A stretch of 22,125 bases of DNA. It comes from Saprolegnia diclina VS20. Lineage: Eukaryota. The stretch's first letter is position 1. Every line of letters starts with the position of its first letter. Both the position numbers and the translations under genes were made by a program. The stretch spans positions 412,625-434,749 of the forward strand of contig NW_008246083.1 in NCBI RefSeq assembly GCF_000281045.1. The letters run 5' to 3'. Below are positions 1 to 9,606 of this stretch, piece by piece. The notes under the pieces were generated by a model. It had not been told where the DNA came from and did not search any database. It worked only from the letters and a program-made list of their open reading frames with translations.

Positions 1-1717
1 GCAGCAACCCATGACGATGGACTGCAGAACCTTTGCAGCTTCCTGTGTCCCTATGGTCTTATTCGTCTGGAGCCACCTAGTGCTCTAGGCTTCTAGTAAT
101 TGGTATCCTCATGGGGTGCCGCCACGTTCTTGTCTTTATGCTTCTGAAAGCGTACATATTTGTGTCACCACAAGTGCACACTCCTGCATGCGTCGGTGCT
201 ATCTGCAGCCCTATAAAAGCGTCACGAGCGTCATCCTGCCTTGTCGCGATGATGAGCTCCGTCGTCATGACGAGGTGCCACTACTACCGTATAAGTATAC
301 GTACAAACACAGTGCAGCACCATTCTCGGTGCATGTCTGTACGCATCAAGCAGGTACATTCAAAGTCTTAGCGCGGCTTACTTATTCCGTTAGTGTCTCT
401 ACCATCCCTGCCGTAGCCAGCTCCTTCTTCCACCTCAAAGCCGATAACGACAAGAAAGACTACGAATTGCATACCAGATCGATCGCGGCGACACCCACTT
501 TGTTCGTACCGCGCACCAGAATCGGCGCACGAGGCGTCGCCAGCTCATGGCTTCCCCTGGCTTCTCGGCATACCGCCGCCTTTACCTGCTTCAGAGCCGT
601 GCACGTTGCCAGCACTGGCACCATTGGCTGCCACAACGCAAATGCGCCACTCGCCGCTCTCGTAGGCACGTGCTCTTGAAGCTTTGGCTTTGTCACACTT
701 GCTTCAAGAATACCTTCGCCAGCTGGTGCCGCACTGTGGACACGGGCGTCGTCGGCAGCGCGAGGTCTGCGCTCGCACCCGCCGCTCCTATGGCTCGCGG
801 CTGCGCTACGACTGGCCACTACGTACTGTGTCCGGTCGCTGCTTCAACTGCGGACGTCAGGCGTCTGTCCGAGCCACTTCACTTCGTTTCGACAGGCGGC
901 AGCTGGGCGCGTCATATGCTAGGCCAATCACACGAGGGGTAGCAATCGGACCAATGAGACACGAGGGCGCTATCACCAAGATATCTCATCATCGTCTCAT
1001 TTGGTCGCCCGAAAAGCAACCTGGGATGGCCGGCCAAAGCGTCAGCGCGAGGCAGGAAAAAACACGCTTATAGCTCACTCTGCCTGTGATTGAACGAGAT
1101 ACTACTTGACGTAGTCAAGAAGTCCGCACGGGTCAGCACTGCGTGTCGGCAACCTCTGACGTGATGCAAATGTTGATGCAAACACATATCCTAGCGGTGT
1201 GTGTCTTTACAACACTGCGATGAATCAGCTCTACCGGGTGCGGAGATGCGACCCAGGTTGTACCGTGCGTCGACCGTATCCTCGCCCAGGTACCCGCACT
1301 GTCTAGCCAGGTGCGGGCGAGGGTGGTGGCCAGCAAGGCTACGTCGGTCGTTGCTTTGGCTGGTCCAGCACTGCCAAAGCGCACCACTACGTTGATAGAA
1401 AGCGTATGCATCACGTCGTGGCAGCACATCATTGGTCGTGTCCCGCCGCATCCAACCACTGAACGGCAGCGAACGCGCCGGAAGCAGACCATGTGGGCGC
1501 TTAAGAGACGTTTCTGACCATTGCAAGCTCATTTGAGACGGTTTGGATAAATTTGGCCGGAAAGGACATTGCACTTGCGGTCATTGGCGCGGAGATGGCT
1601 CGCCTGGACTTCCGTGGCTATGCCCGCTCTGATCTCACGCAGGTGTACGGTAGGTCCAGTGCCCAGCTGGCGACGAGCGCTGCCTCAACAAACGCTTCGA
1701 GCCGCTTTTCCTCTACT

Positions 1718-1731
1718 TCATTCCTGGATTC
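1718..1731 (+). promoter_or_regulatory. Oomycete initiator + flanking promoter region (INR/FPR) core promoter element
   Basis: TCATTCCTGGATTC fits the oomycete consensus TCATTYBNNNWTTY and ends 22 nt before ATG 1754, where strongly biased coding-like codon usage begins. Confidence 0.6.
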
Positions 1732-1753
1732 GCCTCGCACTCCACACTACGCC

Positions 1754-3475
1754 ATGGCGCATCCTTCCGAGACGCCGTACGTCCAGCCGTCGACGGGCAT
1801 CGCCGACGGCATCGCGCGCAAGGTCATGTTCTTCGGCATCCTCGCCGTCTTCCTCCTCATCAACGTCATCGTCTTGTACGCGCTGCACTTTACGTCGGCC
1901 GGCGTCCCGGCCTCGGCGTCCAACGTCAAAGTCTCGAGCGACGCGTTCAAGGTCGGCTCCATCGACAAGAAGGTCGTGAGCTTCGGCGAAGACGGCGCGA
2001 TCGTCATCGGTGCTGGCACCACGGGCTACCTCGATGCGGTCGCCATGCCCAACGACGCGATCAACTACATCACGCTCGCGCCCATTGGCGCCAACGCGTC
2101 GTCGACCGCAATCCTCACGTACTACCTCAAGAACAAGACGACGACCGTCATCACGACGCTCACGGTCAACGACGACAAGACGACGACGGTCAGCACCAAG
2201 TCGTCGACGGCCGCCAACGTCCAAGTGCGTGGCATCGCGACGCTCTCGAACACGCAGGCCGTCTTCCTCCAGTCGACGAGCATGGGCAAGACGTCGCTCG
2301 TGCCCGGCTCGATCGCGTCCGGTGCGGTCACGTACAACGCTGACAAGGCCGTCGAGATTGCGTCGGCGTCCGTCTCGAACACGCTCGCCGCGCTCTCGCC
2401 GACGACGTTCGCCGCGACCACGTACCAGCCGTACTCGGAGAACAGCACGTACTTCCAGGAGATCCAGGCCGGGTCTATCTCGGCGGACGGCGTCATCACG
2501 ATGGTCAAGCCGCTCGCGATCGGCACGGGCAACTCGGCGCTGCAGTCGGTGACCAACTCGGGTCCGGAGCCGGTCCCGTCGATGCCCAACTCGTTCATTG
2601 TGACGTGGTTTGCCACGAGCAACGACCCGAACGCGACAAGCGCCAAGTCAGGTCTCTGCGTGCTCCTCGCCAACATCAACGGCACCGAGGTCGGCAAAGT
2701 CAAGGAGGCGTGCAACACGCAGTACCAGCCGCAGTACTTTGTCGACTCGACGACGGTCTCGGACTCGGTGGTCGCGCTCAGCTTTTACGACGCCAACAAC
2801 AACAACGCGCTCACGCTCGTCATGGTCGAGATCAACGCGTTCACCAAGAAGATCTTCTTCCGCGGCGCGTACGTCCTCGCCGGTGTCGGCGGTCCCTTTG
2901 ACTTTGGCTCGTACTTTGGCTTTTACCCGACCCCGTTCGTCCAAGCGCTCTCGGCCACGAAGCTCTCGATTCTGTTCTTGAACCCGACCAACCACGGCCG
3001 CCCCACGACGCAGATCTTCCAGATCACCGATGCGCTCACGCTCACGCCCCTCTCGCCGCTCCTCCGCCTCTCGAACGGCGACTTTACGCTCGCGGGCGCC
3101 TTGCCCAAGGCCACGTCCGGCGTTGTCGCGCTCGCGGCGCTCCCGCTCTCGGGCAACAGCTACCTCGCGGCCTACTCGGGCGACCTCGCGTCCATCAACC
3201 ACAAGCGCATCTCGATCGTCGAGTACAAGGGCAAGCCCATCGGCGTCGGGTCCGGCTCGGACAACCTCGTCATGAGCGGCGTCGTCGATGTCGGCAGCAA
3301 CTACGTGGCCGGCAAGGCGTATTACGCGACGACGAAGGGTGACATCCTCGCGGCCACGAGCACGGACGCCGACGCCGACTACTTCTTCGTCGGCAACACC
3401 ACGATCGTCTCCAAGGACGCGCGCGTCGGTGTCGCCGTCTCGTCGAGCAAGTTGTACCTCTCGAGCTCAATCTAA
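1754..3475 (+). CDS. Uncharacterised type II membrane protein (single N-terminal TM helix, long S/T/A/V-rich beta-type ectodomain), about 573 aa
   Basis: Long intronless ORF with strong C/G third-position bias. Start placed at ATG 1754 (MAHPSETPY) behind the INR/FPR rather than TTG 1553. Hydrophobic stretch KVMFFGILAVFLLINVIVLYALHF. Several N-x-S/T sequons (NAS, NKT, NST, NAT, NGT, NTT). TAA at 3473-3475. Confidence 0.85.
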   Translation: MAHPSETPYVQPSTGIADGIARKVMFFGILAVFLLINVIVLYALHFTSAGVPASASNVKVSSDAFKVGSIDKKVVSFGEDGAIVIGAGTTGYLDAVAMPNDAINYITLAPIGANASSTAILTYYLKNKTTTVITTLTVNDDKTTTVSTKSSTAANVQVRGIATLSNTQAVFLQSTSMGKTSLVPGSIASGAVTYNADKAVEIASASVSNTLAALSPTTFAATTYQPYSENSTYFQEIQAGSISADGVITMVKPLAIGTGNSALQSVTNSGPEPVPSMPNSFIVTWFATSNDPNATSAKSGLCVLLANINGTEVGKVKEACNTQYQPQYFVDSTTVSDSVVALSFYDANNNNALTLVMVEINAFTKKIFFRGAYVLAGVGGPFDFGSYFGFYPTPFVQALSATKLSILFLNPTNHGRPTTQIFQITDALTLTPLSPLLRLSNGDFTLAGALPKATSGVVALAALPLSGNSYLAAYSGDLASINHKRISIVEYKGKPIGVGSGSDNLVMSGVVDVGSNYVAGKAYYATTKGDILAATSTDADADYFFVGNTTIVSKDARVGVAVSSSKLYLSSSI

Positions 3476-4000
3476 TCGGACTATGTAATATCATTTCTGG
3501 ATGGAGATGCGACGTGTTATATGCTGTCAGCAACGCAGAGATCACCAATCGTCCTGTGGTCGGCGCCGGCTTGACGACTGCAAGCACCAAGCAAGTCCAC
3601 GACTGCACGTTCCCAGCAACAACCCGCGTCCTACTAGCGAGCGGTCGATATATCATGGCCAGCCAACCTTGGATGAAGGAGCAGGTTCGATGTGCGAACC
3701 AACTCTACTCGATCACTCTCAACACTCCGACAGCTTCGACAACCACCTCAGCGTAGCAAGTACTGGTACTGCGCTGTGCCAGGACTGGAGCCCAACTTGG
3801 CCTTCCCTCTGTTTCTAGTATTGCGGGTTTGGTACACTCTGGAGGCGCGAGCACCAAACCCAATATTCTACCTACAATGCACTGTGTTTGTGTACACATT
3901 GTCTTTTGTTGCACGGACAATAGCGTCTGCACCCTCGATCTTGGACGCGGTATCCGGTCGTATCCGGATGCTGGCCGGACGCCATGGTTCATTTGCGCCC

Positions 4001-5228
4001 ATGAAGTTTGCCGTGACTCCGGCACAGGCCGTGCTCTCGTGCTTGGGCATGGCATCTGCCTACGTTGGCATCCTCTACTGCGCCCCGCGGAGCATCCGCG
4101 CCCTTCCGCGCGACCATCCTTCGCAGGTACGTACGAGGTGCCTGCAGGCGGACGACGTCGACCTTAGATTGTCACGCGCTTCTTCCTCATCAGCGTCGTG
4201 AGCGTCCTCTGCCCGCTGTACATGCTCTGCTACTACGAGCCGGTGCGTCTGCTCTCTCTTCCATCTTGGCCACTGACTATTGCTTGCAGAGCGCAAATGG
4301 TATCTCGCTAGCCGCGTGGCTCGGCTTCCACTGGGACGTCCGCGCGACGATCGTGGGCGCGGGCCTCTCGCTCAGCGTGACCATGCTCCTCTTTGCGGGC
4401 GCGCTCTTCGCATACCTTCTCGAGCTGCAGGAGACAGCGCGCTCGTCGTCGTCGTGGTCCAAGGCGCTCGAAGGCACGTCCCTTGTACACCAAGCTCGCT
4501 ACGAGCGCATCCAGGCCATCCGCACCTACCTCTACGTACGAACATGTCTACGTATCCCCACCCTTCATCTTAAGGATACATATACATATAGGCGCCGTTC
4601 ACGGAAGAATTCGTCTTTCGCAGCTGCATGGCCCCGCTCTTGCTCTGCGCTGGCTTCTCGGCCGGTTCCATCATCGTGGGCAGTCCCCTCGCCTTTGGCG
4701 TCGGTACGATCTGCCTCTCGCCGCACCTCGATAACAAGCGCTTTGTATTCGGTAGCGCACATGCACCACTTTGTCGAGCACGTGCGCAGCGGCATGCCGT
4801 GGACTCGCGCGCTGCTCATCGTCGGTACATTTGCATCATTGTCGATCCTCGGCCGACGCTCCCTACTAGTCTTCCAGCTCTGCTACACGACAGTGTTTGG
4901 CATCTACGCCACGTTTCTCTACTTGCGCACCGGTAGTCTCTGTCTGTGTGCACGTTGTCATCCGCTGTTAGGTCAATTTTGCGCACTCTTTGCCGTGCAT
5001 GCATTTTGCAACGTGATGGGCTTTCCCGATCTCGGGTTTCTCTCGATCGAGAGCCCGCTGTACGGCGCTCGCTACGGTAGCTCTTCCGACCTTAGCACGC
5101 TTGCTGATGCGATTCTCGTAGCCATCTTGGGTGTCTACCTTCTCGGCATTCTGGGGTTCTCCGTCCTCTTGTACCCGCTCACGGACCCGTCGCTGCATCC
5201 GCACAGCCTGTGGCTCTTCGCTCGTTAA
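4001..5228 (+). CDS. RCE1: CAAX prenyl protease 2 (Rce1 / CPBP family intramembrane glutamic protease), about 8 exons
   Basis: Splicing short GT-AG introns (4127-4167, 4243-4289, 4536-4591 and four further ones) gives RDHPSQIVTRF, APFTEEFVFRSCM (EExxxR motif), FGVAHMHH (FxxxH) and HAFCNVMG (HxxxN), the three Rce1 catalytic motifs, with multiple TM segments. Confidence 0.9.
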
Positions 5229-5298
5229 TACACTACAGAAGCATGGCACTCGATGGATGTACGATGATCTAGATTCGCAGTATATTCTAACGCGCTAG

Positions 5299-6066
5299 CT
5301 ATCGCTGGTACGGGCACTGGGGGGCGTTGGCGTCGGGCAAAATCGAGTCCATCCCGGGGGGGTTGGCAGGGCACATGAGCGACGCATCGGGGCCGACGGC
5401 CACGGTCCGATGCCGCCAGTACGAAAGACTCGTAAAGATCGACTGCTGCACGCGGCCTTGACGTGAGAGCGCCTTGTCTTCGTCGGTCGGGTGCACAACG
5501 CCATGGTACAAGATCGGCGTCATGACCATGACCATGTAGGCATAGGCGGCGCGCCACGCTTCGCGGAGCTCGTCCGTGAACGTGTCGCCCGTGCAGTCGT
5601 GCATCGCGAGGAGGAGGCACTTTCCGAGCAGATTAAAGTACTCGATCTTGACACCGTACTTGTTGTGGCGGTACGCGAGGTCGCACACTTTCTCAATGAC
5701 GTTGGGCGCGTTCACGGCCGACGTGATGCTTTGGATGATGTTGATGAGCGCTTTGCCTTGGACGATGATGGACGACCGGAAGAGGGGCTTGACGGCCGGC
5801 GCCTTCTCAAAGATCATGCCGTAAAAGTAGTCGTAAAAGTACACGACGGGCGACGCCGGCTTGATTTTGAGCAGCGCGGGCGTCGACCCGGATGAAATGG
5901 CCGCCCAGTTGGCGAGCACGAGCGCCTGCACGTCTTTCGAGATGCGCGGGTGCACCATGGCGAAGTCCGGGCAGCGCTCTTCAAAGTACCGCTTGTAGCG
6001 CACGCCGAGGATGATCATGCCGTCCTTCGTCTGCTTGATCGCTTGCACCGAGTACGTCACGCCCAT
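5299..6066 (-). CDS. Single-domain globin (flavohaemoglobin-like 3/3 globin fold) with N-terminal extension, about 255 aa
   Basis: Globin pattern FYGMIFEKAPAVKPLF (B10 Tyr, CD1 Phe), VQGKAL (E7 Gln), LAYRHNKYGVKIEYF (proximal F8 His) and FTDELREAWRAAY (H helix). Start placed at ATG 6066 (MGVTYS), where coding-like codon bias starts. Confidence 0.85.
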   Translation of the reverse strand: MGVTYSVQAIKQTKDGMIILGVRYKRYFEERCPDFAMVHPRISKDVQALVLANWAAISSGSTPALLKIKPASPVVYFYDYFYGMIFEKAPAVKPLFRSSIIVQGKALINIIQSITSAVNAPNVIEKVCDLAYRHNKYGVKIEYFNLLGKCLLLAMHDCTGDTFTDELREAWRAAYAYMVMVMTPILYHGVVHPTDEDKALSRQGRVQQSIFTSLSYWRHRTVAVGPDASLMCPANPPGMDSILPDANAPQCPYQR

Positions 6067-6319
6067 TCTCAGGCTACGGCTTATCTCTGGCAGTGCCAAG
6101 ATGGCCCAAGATAGCAGCAGCCAACCCAAAGCCTGAGAAAGGCTGAAACGACAAGACTCGTTTTTGTGCTCATATACCAAGTACACAATTCTGTCGTCCG
6201 TTGGAGGCTTTCGCTCCAACTACATTGGTGAGCCGACAAGCGAAGCGTCTGTAGTAAAGCGATGCAAAGTGTACATGTTGTCGTATTTAAGACGCTGAAA
6301 TACAGGGTGCTTCCTATAA

Positions 6320-6664
6320 TCACTCGCCTTTGGGTGGCTGTTTGGTGCGGTGGATGGAGCGGATCGTGTTGAGGACGCCCCGTCGGTCGCACGCCTATGT
6401 CTTCTTGTGAGGGTGCGACCATGAACAGGAAGTCTTTACTTGGTGTTCGGGCGTCCACTCGGACGCAAGCGACACCATGGTCGAGTCGCAGAGCAGCTCG
6501 CTCTCGGCGCCGTCGTCGGTCTGGTTGGAGCTCGGATCCAGCGCAAGGTCGAGCAGCTGGAGCATCTTGGACTCGGAAATGCTCTGCTTGAGCTTGGACG
6601 TCGTCTTGGAGCGCGGCGTGCGACGCGGACTCTTCTCGACGCGCACGTCCTCCTCCGGGTTCAT
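6320..6664 (-). CDS. Small hypothetical protein, about 99 aa, probably 2 exons (6664-6440, 6394-6320)
   Basis: ATG 6664 (MNPEEDVRVEKSPRRTPRSK...) with C/G-biased codons. A 45-nt GTAAAG...CATAG intron (6439-6395) matches local intron size and gives ...PEHQ|ACDRRGVLNTIRSIHRTKQPPKGE*. No recognisable domain. Confidence 0.45.
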
Positions 6665-6852
6665 CGTCGTGGCTCGGGCGGGATTATAACGGCGCCCTAT
6701 TTCGAGCCTCGGTATCCGGATGCGTGTCAAAGAACCGGATCCGCTCCCGCCAAAACACTCCAAACCCAGTGCGCCAGTGCTCCAAACCCATTCACACGCA
6801 CCGGTCCGTGCACCGCGAGCAGTCTACGTACTGTATTTCGGTTTATAAAAAC

Positions 6853-7221
6853 TCATTTCTTGGTGGGGTTTTTGAGCAAGAGGGCCTTCTTGGTCGTGCA
6901 CTCCTTGAACGGTTTGCCCGTGCCATACGCGGCGCTGGTCGTCGTCATCTTGGCCTTCTGCATCCTATACGCCCCATGAGCCATGACTAGCGAGAACAAC
7001 CAAGTCAACTTTTCATCCTGGAGCTTTTCCTGGAGCTTCTTGATGCGATTTTCGTACGTAAAGTCTTCGGCCTTGGAGTTGTCAATGTAGCAGAGCCCAA
7101 AGTCGTCCCACCAGCGCTTTGCGGCCATGTGCTCGCTCTCGATCTGCGCCGTCAAGTTGGCTTGCTTGGACACATAGTCGATCTCTTGCGGGTGTCCTGC
7201 GTCGACGGGCTTGGCGGGCAT
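6853..7221 (-). CDS. Small hypothetical protein, possibly of the C20orf85/LLC1-like ciliary microtubule inner protein type
   Basis: ORF with coding codon bias. VSKQANLTAQIESEHMAAKRWWDDFG and C-terminal TTSAAYG loosely resemble that family. Possible in-frame 45-nt intron 7009-6965 (weak GTTGAC donor). Confidence 0.6.
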   Translation of the reverse strand: MPAKPVDAGHPQEIDYVSKQANLTAQIESEHMAAKRWWDDFGLCYIDNSKAEDFTYENRIKKLQEKLQDEKLTWLFSLVMAHGAYRMQKAKMTTTSAAYGTGKPFKECTTKKALLLKNPTKK

Positions 7222-7334
7222 ACCTCCTCTTGGATTCTAGCTCGATGCAATCCCAACTCCATCACCCAATATGGCGCGTCAACGGCACGAGCGCTGAAAC
7301 AGTCAACTGACGGTACACAATAAGACGACGCTTC

Positions 7335-8968
7335 TTATTCCATGAGCGAGAGCGTTGGCGAGACGGCAAAGTCGGCGTCCGTGCGCTTGCGGATCTCGTC
7401 GACCGTCGTGTCGGGCGCGTGCTCGATGAGGACGAGGCCGTTGGGCGTGCAGTCAAAGACCGCGAGCTCCGTAATGATGCGGTTCACGACCGACTTGCCC
7501 GTGAGCGGGAGCGAGCAGCTCTTGAGGATCTTGGCGCTGCCGTTCTTGGCGTTGTGCTCCATCGTCACGACGACGCGGTTGCCGCTGCCGACGAGGTCCA
7601 TCGCGCCGCCCATGCCCTTGACCATCTTGCCCGGAATGATCCAGTTGGCGAGGTCGCCGTTCTGCGCGACCTGGAGCGCGCCGAGGATCGTGAGGTGGAT
7701 GTGGCCGCCACGGATCATGCCAAACGACTCGGACGACGAGAACGTCGACGAGCCCGGAAGGTACGTGACCGTCTCCTTGCCCGCGTTGATAAGGTCTGGG
7801 TCCTGCGACCCGAGCTTCGGGTACGGGCCCATGCCAAGGAGGCCGTTCTCACTCTGGAGCACGACCGAGACGCCCGCCGGGACGTAGTTGGGCGCGAGCG
7901 TCGGGAGGCCAATGCCGAGGTTGACGTACATGCCGTCCGCAAGCTCCTTGGCTGCGCGCTTGATGATGCGCTCGCGGTCCGGCGTGATCTTCATGCTCGT
8001 AGCGTTGTCCGAGACAGTGAGGCGCTCGATGCGCTTCTCGTTGCGCTCAGCCTTGTAGATGCGCTGGACGTACACGCCCGGGACGTGGATCTCGTCCGGG
8101 TGCAACTCGCCAATCTCGACGAGCTCTTCGACCTCGACGATCGTCGTCTTGCCGGCCTTGGCCGCGTCGACGTTAAAGTTGCGGGTTGTGCCACGGAAGA
8201 CGAGGTTGCCGTCCTTGTCACCCTTCCAGGCCTTGACGAGCGCAAAGTCGCCCGTGATACCTTCCTCCATGACGTAGTTGCGACCGCTGAAGACGCGCGT
8301 TTCGCGGGCCTTGCTCGGAATGTCCACGGACCCGTCGGCCTTGAGCTTGATGCCAAAGCCACCTTCCTAAGAAGCGACTGTAAGACACGCTTGTACGCAT
8401 GACGAGGCGTACCTGGATGATGGTACCGTACGCTGTCGGCGTAAAGAAGGCGGGAATGCCAGCGCCACCGGAACGGATGCGCTCGGCGAGCGTGCCCTGC
8501 GGCGTAAGCTCGACTTCGAGCTCACCCGTCAAGTAGAGCTTCTCAAACAAGGCGTTCTCGCCGACGTACGACGAGATCATGCGCTTGATCTAATACATTG
8601 AGCAGCTGAGCATCCATGGAAACTAGTTAAGCCAAGTGCGTACCTGGCGCGACTGGAGGAGAAGGCCAAGACCATAGTCGTCGACGCCGGCGTTGTTGGA
8701 GACGCACGTGAGGTCCTTGGCGCCCTGACGCACGAGCGCATCGATCGAGCTCTCGGGGATACCGCAGAGGCCAAAGCCACCAACGATCCTACCAAACATG
8801 CCCATGAGCCATCGTCGCCGTTCACGTAGCCTCGCCGTACAAGGTCGAGCCGTTCTTGATGTCCTTGACGGCCTCGTCGGACGAGGCGAAGACCTTGCTC
8901 GAGGCGAAGCGCTGGTGGAAGAGGGCGGCGCGCGAGACGCGTGTGAGGCGGGAGGCTTGGCGAAGCAT
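7335..8968 (-). CDS. OXCT1: Succinyl-CoA:3-ketoacid CoA transferase (SCOT), mitochondrial precursor, 4 exons
   Basis: Exons 8968-8841, 8788-8644, 8589-8413, 8366-7335. N-terminal R/S/A-rich transit peptide ([24 protein letters not shown]). Motifs [51 protein letters not shown] (catalytic Glu), GMGGAMDL. Confidence 0.95.
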
Positions 8969-9606
8969 GCTGCAAATCAAAACTGAGGCCACAAGCTCCC
9001 AAATCTTCTTTCGATCTTCGGTTTCGAAGTTTCCTGTCGTTTTTTATATACACGCTTCAGTATACAAAACGCTTGCTACATTAAAAAAGAGAGAAAAATT
9101 ACCCGAAGGACCAACTTCAAGTTGGCTTGGCAATCGAGCGAACGACGATGGCGATCCAAGGGCTCCTCCCAGTAATCCGAGGCAAGTCGACTACCATCTG
9201 CGGCCTCGACTAACTATGGGGCACGCTCAGATAGTATAAACATGCGGCGGCTGCTGGTCCAACCTCAATATCGTTGCAGAAAGCTCTAGGAGACGCGCTC
9301 GACGACCTCGGCGTCTTCCTCTTGATGCAAGCGCCACTAAGCTCTAAGAACCTATGGGTCTTATCCAGGACGCGACGAGGGCGCTGCGGATAGCGAGGGG
9401 TGTGTATGGTTGTCACGCCCAGCGATGACACGGTGTCGTCAAACGGCAACTTCGCCGATTTGTAATCGGCCACCGATGACAAATCGTCACGCAATTGGTC
9501 AACAGCCTGTCAACCGAACGGTTTCGCGTAACCGGCTCGACAACGCGTTGATTGGCCGCGTGGCGATCTTGAAGCGTCGTCACGAGACAGGACGACGATG
9601 GTGGTA

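Noticed and set aside
1..1550. Several overlapping ORFs of 60-190 aa at the window start
   Set aside because: No recognisable motifs and no consistent third-position codon bias. They could be intergenic or decayed sequence, and I cannot support a gene call.
1553..1753. TTG-initiated N-terminal extension of the 640-aa ORF
   Set aside because: Eukaryotic context, and an INR/FPR element lies inside it just upstream of ATG 1754.
3501..3990. Short ORFs between the membrane protein and RCE1
   Set aside because: No domain signal and weak codon bias, so treated as intergenic.
9210..9494. 94-aa minus-strand ORF between SCOT and the NLR-like gene
   Set aside because: No motif or clear codon bias. 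Likely UTR or promoter sequence.
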